Notes under the pieces: generated by a model
Seen by the model: only the letters and a program-made list of their open reading frames with translations
Told to the model about the DNA's origin: nothing
Databases searched by the model: none
Assembly: GCA_963796955.1 (NCBI GenBank)
Contig: CAWCNJ010000011.1
Location: 1-64,000 of the forward strand
DNA from: Endomicrobiales bacterium
Lineage (GTDB): Bacteria; Elusimicrobiota; Endomicrobiia; Endomicrobiales; JALOBY01
Direction: 5' to 3'
DNA length: 64,000 nucleotides
In this document: positions 48,021 through 58,441 of the stretch, piece after piece
How positions within the stretch are numbered: position 1 is the stretch's first letter
Layout: every line of letters begins with the position of its first letter
Position numbers and translations under genes: made by a program

Positions 48021-48641
48021 CTAAAAAGCCAATCTGCCTCTGGCGAGGTATACCAGAAATTTTACATATTCGCTCGCGGTTAGCATCAAGCCGTCGCCGC
48101 TGTACCACCAGGAGTCAATGGTGTACCAGCTGTTCTGAACCGGATAAAGGACTATACGGATGCCGGAATCTTTAAAAACTTTCGCGAAAACGTGGTGGGC
48201 ACGCATGGTGTGATACGGTTCGCTTACCACGATCAGGGAATGACAGCCGTGCGCCAGGCAATACGTTTTCGCGAGGGTCGCATCATCAAAGGTACTGCGC
48301 GAACCGAATAGAGGCACCACGTTGTTTTCAGGAACACCGTCGCCAACCGCTATTTTCTTGGCTTCAACAGCCCAGTGGGTAACCGGTTTGCGCCAACCGT
48401 GCTCCATAAGCATACCTGTAAACAGGATGGTGCCTGCATAATTTCCCTTGTACAAGGCAATCGCCTGATCCACTCGTTCCCGTGTACCGCCGCCCAACGC
48501 CAGAATGGCGTCGGCAGGTGCGAGCTTATCTTGATGAATGAGCAACGATGCCGTGGAGTTAAGCCAGAAGGTATGGAACAGCGCAAACTGCAGAATTATT
48601 GCGGCTATTACAATATTCGCTATCAGACCGGATCTTTTCAT
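48021..48641 (-). CDS. YdcF/DUF218 family protein
   Basis: ADAILALGGG, SRSTFDDA, VSEPYHTMRA. Confidence 0.88.
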   Translation of the reverse strand: MKRSGLIANIVIAAIILQFALFHTFWLNSTASLLIHQDKLAPADAILALGGGTRERVDQAIALYKGNYAGTILFTGMLMEHGWRKPVTHWAVEAKKIAVGDGVPENNVVPLFGSRSTFDDATLAKTYCLAHGCHSLIVVSEPYHTMRAHHVFAKVFKDSGIRIVLYPVQNSWYTIDSWWYSGDGLMLTASEYVKFLVYLARGRLAF

Positions 48642-48653
48642 AGTGCCGCAGGT

Positions 48654-49808
48654 TTACCTTTCTACCCGGGCCCAGGTTACTTTCTGGGTGCCACGCAGGT
48701 ACCTGAAGAAGCCGGCCAGCAGGCAGTAATTCATGGAGACAAAATAATAGACAGCGGCCGGCAGTTTTACTTTACTGCCATTTTTGACCGAAACGTAGCC
48801 GGCGAAGGAAACCATATAAAAAGCGCACTGCGATAGAAATATCAGACGATACGGGCTTTCAGAAATAAGCAGCGTGTTGGAAAGCGCGAGTGTTACCATC
48901 AGAAATGGGGCCGCCCAGCGCAGCACCTTATGCGACCAGTACGCGAAGGAAGAAAAACCTCTGAAGATGTTCAGCATAGGCAGCGTCATGAACAGGGCCT
49001 GATACGAGCCTGCGGAGATCCGCACCCGGCGCACCTGCTCATCCGCCATGCTCAGAGACGTGCACTCCGAGGCCACGGCATTCGTTTCGAATATTACTTT
49101 GTAGCCCCGCTGCAATATACGCATGGGGACAATGAAATCTTCAACGATCGTATTTGAAGGGACTGGCGTGAACAAAGATTTCCTGAAAGCATAGATACCG
49201 CCGTTAGCACCCAGCAGCGAACCCATCCGCCCTTCCATAAGTTTCAAATAACTCTCGTAACGCCAGTACACGCTTTCCAGCTCCGCGCCTTTCACCGAAT
49301 CCGGCGTTAAAAGCACCAGACGTCCGCAGACACAGCCGACTTTGTCGTCAGAAAAGCCTTTCACAAGATTTATCAATGCGTCCGGCTCGTACATGGTGTT
49401 CGCATCCGAAAGCACTATTATTTCGCCAGTTGCCTGCGGTATCACGCGGTTAAGCACGTTCACCTTGCCCGCCCTGTCGGAATAACTTATCAATTTAATA
49501 CCGGTGCCTGTGTGCGCGCGTATGATCTCTTCAGTCCGGTCGCTGGAGCCGTCGGAAGCGATAATTATCTCCAGTTTGCTCCGATCGTATTGCATAGCCC
49601 TAAGGTTGGCTATCTTTTCTTCGATTACTTTTTCTTCGTTATAAGCGCTGACAACGAAGGATACCGCAGGAAGCTCCTTAACCGACAGCTCTGCCTGACG
49701 CCGCCACCCTGCTATAAGCAACAATATAACGGGGTAAAGCAGATACGTATAGACGAGCAACAACATGGATGACCAGAATATTATTTTAAGTATTTCCACA
49801 GACATCAT
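48654..49808 (-). CDS. Membrane GT2 glycosyltransferase (CESA-like)
   Basis: SAYNEE, SDGSSD, LSDAN, VEDF, RRVR; N- and C-terminal TM helices. Confidence 0.9.
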   Translation of the reverse strand: MMSVEILKIIFWSSMLLLVYTYLLYPVILLLIAGWRRQAELSVKELPAVSFVVSAYNEEKVIEEKIANLRAMQYDRSKLEIIIASDGSSDRTEEIIRAHTGTGIKLISYSDRAGKVNVLNRVIPQATGEIIVLSDANTMYEPDALINLVKGFSDDKVGCVCGRLVLLTPDSVKGAELESVYWRYESYLKLMEGRMGSLLGANGGIYAFRKSLFTPVPSNTIVEDFIVPMRILQRGYKVIFETNAVASECTSLSMADEQVRRVRISAGSYQALFMTLPMLNIFRGFSSFAYWSHKVLRWAAPFLMVTLALSNTLLISESPYRLIFLSQCAFYMVSFAGYVSVKNGSKVKLPAAVYYFVSMNYCLLAGFFRYLRGTQKVTWARVER

Positions 49809-49829
49809 CTCCCGATCGCAAATCGCTGC

Positions 49830-51008
49830 TTATTTGTTCACTGCAGACATATATAGTTTGATTATGAATTCAGCGTTGTATTTCCATAAGTGCCTGGAAA
49901 GAATGGTCGTTCTGGCGTTTGAACCTATCTTTTCGCGCAACGGCAGAGAGTTATAAAAGGATAAAATATGTTGTTTAAGCTGCACGGCATCGCCGGTTTC
50001 AAACAGCAGACCGTTTTCGTTGTTGGTAAGCACTTCAAGGATCGGGCCAAGACGCGGCGCTATAACCGGTTTCCCCATCGCCATGTACTCAAACATGACT
50101 ACCGGTGATCCGAAGGGATTTGAGTGCGGTATTACAGCGATATCTAACGCGGCTATATAGTGCGGTACCTGGGAATGGGGTATTCTGCCGGCGAACAAGA
50201 TCTTGTCATCATATCCTCGCTGGCGAACATTATCTTCCAGCTGCTTTCTATTAAAACCATCGCCAATAAGCACCAGGGTAAGATCAGGGACATCGGCAGC
50301 GATTTCAGCGAAAACATCGATCAGGAAATCCAGTCTGTCCCATTCAGAAAAGGATCCCATAAAACCAAGCGTTGTTTTTCCCTGTAATTTAAGCAGCTCC
50401 CGTACCGTATCACCGCTGAGACCAGGGTCGAATTCCGCTATATTCACCGAGTTGGGCACAACATGTATCTTTGATACCCTGATATCCATGCTTTGCAGGC
50501 GCGTTTTCAGGAATGTGGAAACAGTTATGATAGCATCAGCCCTTTCAAATATATAATGCTCTATCCGTTTTGCCAGCTTCTCAAATATCAGACCTCTATT
50601 GCGCTTTATCCCGCTCACCTCATTAACTTCAAGTATCAGAGGCAACTTATTCTTTTTTGCCGTCATTGCACCGGCCAGGCTGAAAAATGCGAACCGCTCA
50701 TACATGAGATCTATTCTATTTTTTGCAATTACGGCCTTCATTGTCCTGTAGGCTACCAGATTGTACGCCAGTTCCATCAATTCAAAACCAAATTGCGGCA
50801 TACGCTTGCTGAGCCAGCCAAGGACCATCGAAAGAAATGATTTTTTTGCAGCGGTATTTTGAGCGCCTGAGTTGGCGAAGGGATCAACGCCGGGAGGAGA
50901 TACAACTATCACATTGTGTCCCAACGCCCTTAAAGCCTTAACAACTTCACGTATATGAACGCCTTCAACTGTTTTTCCCTGGGTGCGATGATGGTATAAG
51001 ATATTCAT
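49830..51008 (-). CDS. GT4 glycosyltransferase
   Basis: FGSPVVMFEYMAMGKPV GT-B motif. Confidence 0.9.
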   Translation of the reverse strand: MNILYHHRTQGKTVEGVHIREVVKALRALGHNVIVVSPPGVDPFANSGAQNTAAKKSFLSMVLGWLSKRMPQFGFELMELAYNLVAYRTMKAVIAKNRIDLMYERFAFFSLAGAMTAKKNKLPLILEVNEVSGIKRNRGLIFEKLAKRIEHYIFERADAIITVSTFLKTRLQSMDIRVSKIHVVPNSVNIAEFDPGLSGDTVRELLKLQGKTTLGFMGSFSEWDRLDFLIDVFAEIAADVPDLTLVLIGDGFNRKQLEDNVRQRGYDDKILFAGRIPHSQVPHYIAALDIAVIPHSNPFGSPVVMFEYMAMGKPVIAPRLGPILEVLTNNENGLLFETGDAVQLKQHILSFYNSLPLREKIGSNARTTILSRHLWKYNAEFIIKLYMSAVNK

Positions 51009-51011
51009 ACG

Positions 51012-54000
51012 TTAACGGATCACCATGAGCTTTTGTTTAGCGCTTATGCCGGGGCCTTTAATGTAAACAATATAGGTGCCGCTCGCCATATCTTTGGGCA
51101 GCCATTCGAAAATGCCTTCGCTTACCCCTTCCATGGTATCCTCATGGACTTGTTTGCCGCCGATAGTGAAAATACGCATTTCAAAGCGGCCTACTGAGTC
51201 GCCCTTAAAATAGATCTTAGCGACATCCCCTGAATCAGGGTTAACCGTCCCTCTTCCGGCGGCTGAACCGAGTATCTTTATAGAACCGACACCGGTCATA
51301 TCCATAACTGCCGCAGCACGGAAATTTAGTATCGTCCTTTGCTGAGTTATCAATACGGACACCGATCTCTGGGGTGAAAACTCGTACCCGGCTTTCGATA
51401 GTTGAAGAACACACCTTGCGTTCAGGCTTAATCCCGTGAGCTGAAAATTACCATTCGCATCCGTAATCGTGTTTTTTGAAACATCTCCCGATAAAACTAC
51501 CGCTACGCCGGGGACGCCAATTTCTTTTCCATCCAGCACTTGACCGGTGATGGTATATTGCACCGCAGCAGGAGCCGGCAAGGCGCCTGTAAAGTTCCAA
51601 TTTCCAATGATACCGTTCAAAGATGCCGTGCTATAGCTTACGGGCGCGAAGGTGTAACTGCCAAACGTCGCCGGTGTTACCGTATATGGATAATTCACGT
51701 AAAGATTGCTTGTAAATTGGTACGAGCCGTCGGTACCGGTTAACAGACTCACATTATCGGGAGATAGCACAACTGAGACGCCTGATAGTCCGTTAGAAGA
51801 AGCATCCCGCACATAACCACCTATGGCAAGCACTATCGGTGTCGCGTTAAAATCCCACTCCACATCGTTGGTCAGGCTTGTTGTGCTGTATTGGACAGGA
51901 GCGAACCAAAATCCGGTGTCGGCTGGTGCAACGCTAAATGACGCATTTTTCGGCAGGTTTAAAAAACTGTAGTAACCACTGCTATCCGTGCTGACCGAGC
52001 CACCGCTGCCGCCGGTAATATTAACAGTGATATTACTGACTCCTGCAGCGCCGTTCCTGACATAGCCGGTAATATTTCTTGTCTGACGCGTTCCCATAAA
52101 ATTAGGATTAATAAGGTCGCTTGTCAGAGAATTAGTGGATATGGAAACAGGGGCGAACGTATATCCGCTCAGGGTTGGTGTAACAGTGTATGCGCTGTTC
52201 TGCGAAAGACCGCTGAACTGATATGAGCCGCCCGAATCCGTGGTATCCGAGCCCTGGGCGCCGCCGGTAAGTGTCACTAGAACATCAAGTAGTGCAACTG
52301 CGGTTACGCTGTCCCTTGCATAACCGCTGATTGAAGCCGTTGCAATACTTACCGTGCCGGCAAAATTCCAGTTGCTTATGGTGCTTAACAATGCCGGCGA
52401 AGTACTTAGTTTTACCGGCGAGAACGCAAAACCCGCGCTGGAAGGCGTCACCGTGTAATTAGCCGTTGAAGAAAGAGCGTTAAAGCTGTAATTGCCGCTG
52501 CCGTCAGTTACGGTACTTTTAGATGCTCCGCCGGCAAGCGTCATTTTTACACCGGGAAATGGGCTGGCGTCAGAAGCATGCGTAACAGCGCCGCTAATGG
52601 CCGCCGTAAGTACTGTGCCGGTGAAATTCCAATTTGAAAGAGCGCCCAGGAACGTTGCCGTGCTGAAACTGACCGGACTGAAAGAGTAACCGGGCATTTG
52701 TACGGTTACAGTATAATTGCTCCCTTCCGGCAAATTGCTGAACGAATATGAACCGCCGTTAGAAGTAGTCGATCGCGACGCACCGCCTGAAAGCTGTACT
52801 GTTGCGCCGTTAAGCTGTGCGCCGCCTCCCGTTTTTACCGTACCGCTTATATTTGCCGTCTTTACGGTACCTGCAAAATTTTGACCTGTCCAGTTTCCCG
52901 TTAAAGAAGCAGTGGTAACAGAAACCGGCGCGAACGTATAGCCCGCGCTTGAGGGTGTGACAGTATACGCAAGGGATTTCGCAAGGCTGGTAAATTGATA
53001 ATTTCCTGAAGCATCGCTGATAGTAACAGCAGAAGCGCCTCCGGTAAGCTTCACGGACACTCCGCCAAGGGCCGAACCGCCGGAGGCTACCGAGCCGCTG
53101 ATAGAATAGGTTGAATTTGCCGTTACTGTTACCGATACAATGGCTGAACCTGAGTCCCCATTGCTGTCAGTTGCGAGCAGAGTAGCCGTATAGCTTCCAG
53201 CCGAACTGTACACATGCGAGGGGCTCTGGCTCGCACTTGTTCCACCATCCCCAAAAGTCCAGGAATAGCCGGTTATAGTCCCGTTCGTCGTAGCAGCGCT
53301 CCCAGTAAAGTTTACGCTCAGAGGCGCATTTCCGTTCGTAGGCGTGCCGTTTGCTGAAGCAGTAACAACTGAGACAGGATTATAAACACTGGAAGGTATC
53401 TGGTTGCCAAGGTACTCCCAGATATATTTTGTTAAGGTTTGTGCAGAGCCGTCAATTGAAGTTCCCGAGCAAAAACCTCTTGCACCGTTAATTGCCGGTT
53501 TACCCCAGTTCTGATATGAGTATGCGCTCATATATGACTGAATAATATTCTCATATGGAAACGGCCACAAAGGATTGCTCGAAACAGTATTCCAGCCAGG
53601 ATCCCCAAATAGAGAACCATCGATACCCACTTTATACAATATGTTTGGACCGATGTCTCCAGTATTATCTCCTTTGCCAGATAAATTAGACGCTAACTCT
53701 TCCCTCGGTATATATTTAATTCCACCTGTACTGTTAGACGGGCTATATATCGGGTTGAATGCATTCCCGTTGACGCTTACATAATCATTAGAACCAGCAG
53801 AAAATTGATTATATGTTGTTCCAAAAATATTATAAAGAACGTTATAATCAGATTGAACATTCCTGAAACCATTAGCACAGTTTTCGACAACACAATTTGA
53901 CGCAAATGTTATCTTATAACCCCAGTTAGCGCCTTTTGAGCAATCTATTGCATAACCACTGCTGCAATTCTTAAACAAACAATTCCTCATTATAATTGTT

Positions 54001-55064
54001 TGTAAATATGTAGGGGTACCACCGGTATACCCCTGATTATCAAAACCACCTGCTGTTCCAATTGATGCGCAGTCAATTAATGAATTGTTATAAGTCCCAC
54101 CATCCTCATGGGCATCCATTTGGGTTCCCTGCATACCCACATTGAAAGCCGGCATATTAACTTCAATACAGCCTCTATACGTTGACGTTGAACAACTATA
54201 ACTATCAGAAGTGTTAGATCCGAACCACCATCCATATCCTGTTCCTAAAGTTGATGGTGATCCATTAAATATATATTGCGTCTGATCTCCATCAACCGCA
54301 ATACAATTTTGATATTCACTATAATTTGTGCCATATAATCTAAAGGGGCTAGTTAACTGACTACCGGTATTTGATATGGATCTATCGGGTCTGCACACCA
54401 ACCTTCGACCAATGCAATAATCCGAATCCAAGAATAAAAAGAAGTAATTTGCACTTCCACAAGCGAAACAATCCTGTAACAACACATAGGACATTCCCGT
54501 TATACAAAATGCATATGAACGTCCAACATTCATATCTGCTGGTAAAAAGTTAGCCGAATCTATTGAGCCACACCTTGTAACTTTAACATGGCCGTATTCC
54601 ATAGGTGTTGGTCTCCATCCCTGAAACCCTATTCCCATGCAGGAACCACAAGCATTTACTACCGCATCCGGAGAAGAATGTTCAACCACAAAGCCATCAA
54701 TAGCCAGATAATTTGAGTTGTGAAAATCCATCGGATCATACATGTATTGCCCATCAATAACTACCATAAATGGATTAGATGACTTGATAGTTGTATAGTT
54801 GCCACCAGTACCGTTCGGAGGGCAGTTTCCATTATGATAGCTGATCATATTGTTTACCCCGGTATAAGTACCATCAGCTACTATCAGCGTATCATTCGGC
54901 GAAAGTTTCTTACATGATAACCCTATTGAACGCCATGGGGTCCCTAAACTCCCGCTTCCAGAATCTGAACCGGTCGGTGAAACATAATAGGTAGATGAAA
55001 ACCCAATTCCTATATTTAAAACGATTATAAGAAAAGAACTGGAAAAAAGCTTTGATAACCTCAT
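51012..55064 (-). CDS. Large secreted protein: beta-helix-like N-domain, PKD domain, seven ~82-aa Cna-B/carboxypeptidase-regulatory-like repeats, T9SS-type-A/FlgD-like C-terminal domain
   Basis: Signal peptide, YYVSPTGSD...PWRSI, WTFGDG PKD, repeated ISGxV...TDxxGxYxF...YTVTP...FAP units, ASGTYIVYI...KLMVIR end. Confidence 0.85.
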   Translation of the reverse strand: MRLSKLFSSSFLIIVLNIGIGFSSTYYVSPTGSDSGSGSLGTPWRSIGLSCKKLSPNDTLIVADGTYTGVNNMISYHNGNCPPNGTGGNYTTIKSSNPFMVVIDGQYMYDPMDFHNSNYLAIDGFVVEHSSPDAVVNACGSCMGIGFQGWRPTPMEYGHVKVTRCGSIDSANFLPADMNVGRSYAFCITGMSYVLLQDCFACGSANYFFLFLDSDYCIGRRLVCRPDRSISNTGSQLTSPFRLYGTNYSEYQNCIAVDGDQTQYIFNGSPSTLGTGYGWWFGSNTSDSYSCSTSTYRGCIEVNMPAFNVGMQGTQMDAHEDGGTYNNSLIDCASIGTAGGFDNQGYTGGTPTYLQTIIMRNCLFKNCSSGYAIDCSKGANWGYKITFASNCVVENCANGFRNVQSDYNVLYNIFGTTYNQFSAGSNDYVSVNGNAFNPIYSPSNSTGGIKYIPREELASNLSGKGDNTGDIGPNILYKVGIDGSLFGDPGWNTVSSNPLWPFPYENIIQSYMSAYSYQNWGKPAINGARGFCSGTSIDGSAQTLTKYIWEYLGNQIPSSVYNPVSVVTASANGTPTNGNAPLSVNFTGSAATTNGTITGYSWTFGDGGTSASQSPSHVYSSAGSYTATLLATDSNGDSGSAIVSVTVTANSTYSISGSVASGGSALGGVSVKLTGGASAVTISDASGNYQFTSLAKSLAYTVTPSSAGYTFAPVSVTTASLTGNWTGQNFAGTVKTANISGTVKTGGGAQLNGATVQLSGGASRSTTSNGGSYSFSNLPEGSNYTVTVQMPGYSFSPVSFSTATFLGALSNWNFTGTVLTAAISGAVTHASDASPFPGVKMTLAGGASKSTVTDGSGNYSFNALSSTANYTVTPSSAGFAFSPVKLSTSPALLSTISNWNFAGTVSIATASISGYARDSVTAVALLDVLVTLTGGAQGSDTTDSGGSYQFSGLSQNSAYTVTPTLSGYTFAPVSISTNSLTSDLINPNFMGTRQTRNITGYVRNGAAGVSNITVNITGGSGGSVSTDSSGYYSFLNLPKNASFSVAPADTGFWFAPVQYSTTSLTNDVEWDFNATPIVLAIGGYVRDASSNGLSGVSVVLSPDNVSLLTGTDGSYQFTSNLYVNYPYTVTPATFGSYTFAPVSYSTASLNGIIGNWNFTGALPAPAAVQYTITGQVLDGKEIGVPGVAVVLSGDVSKNTITDANGNFQLTGLSLNARCVLQLSKAGYEFSPQRSVSVLITQQRTILNFRAAAVMDMTGVGSIKILGSAAGRGTVNPDSGDVAKIYFKGDSVGRFEMRIFTIGGKQVHEDTMEGVSEGIFEWLPKDMASGTYIVYIKGPGISAKQKLMVIR

Positions 55065-56068
55065 TTCTGCCCTCTGACAAAGCGATGTTTTTTAATAAAA
55101 CTAAGAACGTTTTTTGATGAATGTTTTGTAAAATTGTTATACATAAAATAATCGAATGAAAGGTTATTAAACAAAGGCATCCTATTATACAGCAATTTCA
55201 ACAAGTACATAGGCGGGGCATCAACAAGTAGTACTGGATTTTTTTGCATCAGCCACAACACTTCGGAAAAACCTGATGGCATCATTATTAGGAGATCGCA
55301 CTTTGACATGATTTCTGCTTCAGCGGCAAAACCTAAACCTTTCAGATATGTACATTTATCATTGGGTATGTCTAACCTAGCCTCAGTATATTTGTCACGG
55401 TAACTTCCTGCTTCGAAACCATTTTTTTCAAGTGTTTTGAGCGTATCCCCATCATGCCGTTCTCGATTCATGCCGGCAATTATTATGTGGGCATTATACT
55501 CTTGGATCAGCCTATTAAATAAATCACTTTTGCTTTTTAAGATCGCTTGTGCTGAACTCTGGAAATATGGCCTAATGGCATCCTGGCTACTATTTCTGTA
55601 CCTCCAGAGGTATCCTATGGTTATATTCTTTTTAAACAAATCGTCACTGATATTATTAAGCATCATACACTCTGGGTAAAACTCTTTACCAAGGTCACTG
55701 AGCTCTAAAGCATAATTTTTCTCTCTAAAATCGTATTCCCTAATGGACTGCCATGGCTTAATATTGGTCTTAAAATTGAACTTTATCTTAATACTTTCTG
55801 GAAAATCGTGTATAAACCTGAGCTCATTATCTTTAATTTGAAACTGGAAAAATTCATCCACGCTTCTTGAAAGTATTTCATCGATTCCACAAACTTCATC
55901 AAGCATATTTAGATTATAGTGACTCATTATCAGCTTCTGCCGGTTATCTTTAAAGAATCCAATCCACTTTGTATCACCTCGCGTATTTCTTATCTGTTTT
56001 ATTGCAGACAACTGTTCATAACAGTCCCCAAGAGCCCCATGTAATATTGTACCTATCGTTCTAGTCAT
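55061..56068 (-). CDS. Hypothetical protein, possibly a GT-B (GT9-like) transferase
   Basis: HGALGD N-terminal loop and IMSKCDLLIMMPSGF resemble GT9; ATG at 56068 with SD AAGGAG. Confidence 0.55.
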   Translation of the reverse strand: MTRTIGTILHGALGDCYEQLSAIKQIRNTRGDTKWIGFFKDNRQKLIMSHYNLNMLDEVCGIDEILSRSVDEFFQFQIKDNELRFIHDFPESIKIKFNFKTNIKPWQSIREYDFREKNYALELSDLGKEFYPECMMLNNISDDLFKKNITIGYLWRYRNSSQDAIRPYFQSSAQAILKSKSDLFNRLIQEYNAHIIIAGMNRERHDGDTLKTLEKNGFEAGSYRDKYTEARLDIPNDKCTYLKGLGFAAEAEIMSKCDLLIMMPSGFSEVLWLMQKNPVLLVDAPPMYLLKLLYNRMPLFNNLSFDYFMYNNFTKHSSKNVLSFIKKHRFVRGQK

Positions 56069-56094
56069 GTGTAGTTTCTCCTTCAATATTACAA

Positions 56095-56727
56095 TTAGCC
56101 GTCTAATCCTGTGAACATTAGCCCTTTATCTCTCAAAGTGTCTATGATTACACCTAGCGCATCAACTACGTATTGATTATCATCATGAAACAGTATAATA
56201 TCGCCTGGATTTACATTATCAATGACTCTATTTATTATATTTTGCGAACCAGTTTTCTCAAAATCTCCGCTTGAAAGGGTCCACAGAACTGTACAAATGC
56301 CATTCATCACACAAATTGCAAATTCAAGAAATGATATTTGGCCATAAACAGGCCTGTAAATATCTGTCTTTATATTAAATTTCTTAAATATTTGCATTGA
56401 ACGATACACTTCATTCATTTGTTCCCGATTGCTATATGTATTCTTCCTATTATGCGAATATGAATGCATTCCCACTGAATGCCCTTCATCGATTATTTGT
56501 TTTACAAGCCCTGGATTCGCTTCCATAGTTTGCCCGATCAAAAAAAATACAGCCTTTGCATTTTTTCTTCTCAAAACATCTAGTATGGGCAAAGTAAATA
56601 CAGGGTCTGGCCCATCATCAAATGTTAAAACCACTGCGTTATTTTTGCGTTTTACTGAAAAAAGGATAATGCTTCTTGTAAGAACCGCTTGCAGGACGTT
56701 TTTAATCAATCTTTTCATCTTACTCAT
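56095..56727 (-). CDS. Polysaccharide deacetylase (NodB-like)
   Basis: LTFDDGP, GMHSYSH, RPVYG, ILFHD; ATG overlaps the upstream stop. Confidence 0.9.
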   Translation of the reverse strand: MSKMKRLIKNVLQAVLTRSIILFSVKRKNNAVVLTFDDGPDPVFTLPILDVLRRKNAKAVFFLIGQTMEANPGLVKQIIDEGHSVGMHSYSHNRKNTYSNREQMNEVYRSMQIFKKFNIKTDIYRPVYGQISFLEFAICVMNGICTVLWTLSSGDFEKTGSQNIINRVIDNVNPGDIILFHDDNQYVVDALGVIIDTLRDKGLMFTGLDG

Positions 56728-57875
56728 AGCACAGTTCGGTTTGTATATTGTGATAATATTCCATAAAGTCGATCCGCATTTTCTTTCCAAGACAGTATCT
56801 CAGGCAGAATCGAAATTTCATTACTGTTCCACTTTTTGCTAATACAATATCGCAATCCATTTGACAATGCCTCGATGTCACCAGGCATTACTAAAAGACC
56901 TGAATTTTCACTTTTTAAAAGCTCAGGGATACCTCCTACTTTCGTCGCTAATACTGGTATACCGCATGAAAGAGCCTCGATCACAACATTCGGGCACCCT
57001 TCAAACAAGCTCGGAAGACAAAAAAGATCTGAAGCATTCATCCAGTCTGATATTTGATCTTGTTTGATCCTACCTTTAAAAAATACTTTATCATTAACTG
57101 CTAATTGATCGGTTAACTCTTCCAATTCCTGCCTCAACTCACCATCGCCTATCAAATACAATTGAAGATCTTCTTGTGCTCCGACCACTTCTTTGAATGC
57201 CTTAATTAGAAATGGAAGGCCTTTTGAGTAAGTGAGATTTCCTACAAACAATAGTATTTTACCCGTACCCAAACCCAATTTGTTACGGCATCCATTTTTA
57301 TCCTTAACTCTAAAAACAGTTTTATCAACTCCATTCAACAAAACAGTGACATTACTCTCAGAAACTCCGCATTCAACCATTCTATGCTTCAGTGCCGCGC
57401 TTACCGAAATCACATGATCCGCTTTAGAGAGGCAAAAAAAGATAAGTTTTCTACGTAGCAACCTTTTAGCGTACACATTAATGTCAGATCCTAACGCGCC
57501 AATTACTATAGGTTTCTTTAAGAATCTAGCTATCAGCCAGCTACCAAAACCATCTGGGTAAACCCATGGTGCATATATAATGTCAAATTCAAAGTCCTTA
57601 TATATTTTTGCAACAAACATCACAAGTGATAAGAAAAAGAAAAACCCATATAATGATCTACCGATCTTAGGGAACATAAAATATCTCGGGTGATACACCT
57701 CTATGCCATCGATTAGTTCTTTTCTAGGCAAGCCTTTCAGCCTGTACCAAGGCAGGGGCGAAATAACTCTTACATCGCTAATCCTTGATAGTTCGAAACA
57801 CTGGTTCCTATTGTATACACCCCTTGTAGGCTCTAGGGAGTTCGGATAAAGGTTAGTAATAACAAGTATTCTCAT
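56724..57875 (-). CDS. GT4 glycosyltransferase (TuaC-like)
   Basis: ITNLYP, YPDG, GSDIN, EGCPNVVIEALSCG. Confidence 0.9.
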   Translation of the reverse strand: MRILVITNLYPNSLEPTRGVYNRNQCFELSRISDVRVISPLPWYRLKGLPRKELIDGIEVYHPRYFMFPKIGRSLYGFFFFLSLVMFVAKIYKDFEFDIIYAPWVYPDGFGSWLIARFLKKPIVIGALGSDINVYAKRLLRRKLIFFCLSKADHVISVSAALKHRMVECGVSESNVTVLLNGVDKTVFRVKDKNGCRNKLGLGTGKILLFVGNLTYSKGLPFLIKAFKEVVGAQEDLQLYLIGDGELRQELEELTDQLAVNDKVFFKGRIKQDQISDWMNASDLFCLPSLFEGCPNVVIEALSCGIPVLATKVGGIPELLKSENSGLLVMPGDIEALSNGLRYCISKKWNSNEISILPEILSWKENADRLYGILSQYTNRTVL

Positions 57876-58441
57876 AACTTAATGAAGTCAGCACTCCCCT
57901 GGTAATTTATAACTTTAGCAGGTATTCCGGCTACGACTGCGTTATCTGGGACATCCTTAGTAACTACTGAATTCGCCCCTATTGCTACATTATTTCCAAT
58001 TGTAATTTTGCCAATTACTACAGCCGAAACTCCAATGAAAACGTTATTTCCTATAACTGGGCAGCCTTTTCTTTCTCCTCTTCCACCCTGTCCTATTATC
58101 ACCCCAACACTAACATTACAATTAGAGCCTATTACGGTTTTGCCATTTATTACCAGCATGCCTGCATGTCCGATATAAAAACCTTCACCGATAGAAACTT
58201 CAAATGGTATGTAAATACCGGTAATCAATGAAAAAATCAAATGTGTTAATCTTGTTATTAATTTAAGCATTTGCGCAAGCACTGGCACTTTAAAATTATT
58301 TCTAATCCATTTACCAAATCTGTAACTCATTACAATCCACAATGAGGGGTTGAAAATAACCAAGTCACAAAGCCCGCTTATACCAGTTGCTTGCTCTATG
58401 AGCATATATCTTTTTATGTCCTGTTTTACATATTTAAACAT
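57872..58441 (-). CDS. CysE-like left-handed beta-helix O-acetyltransferase
   Basis: Hexapeptide repeats, IGANSVVTKDVP, VAGIPAK. Confidence 0.9.
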   Translation of the reverse strand: MFKYVKQDIKRYMLIEQATGISGLCDLVIFNPSLWIVMSYRFGKWIRNNFKVPVLAQMLKLITRLTHLIFSLITGIYIPFEVSIGEGFYIGHAGMLVINGKTVIGSNCNVSVGVIIGQGGRGERKGCPVIGNNVFIGVSAVVIGKITIGNNVAIGANSVVTKDVPDNAVVAGIPAKVINYQGSADFIKL

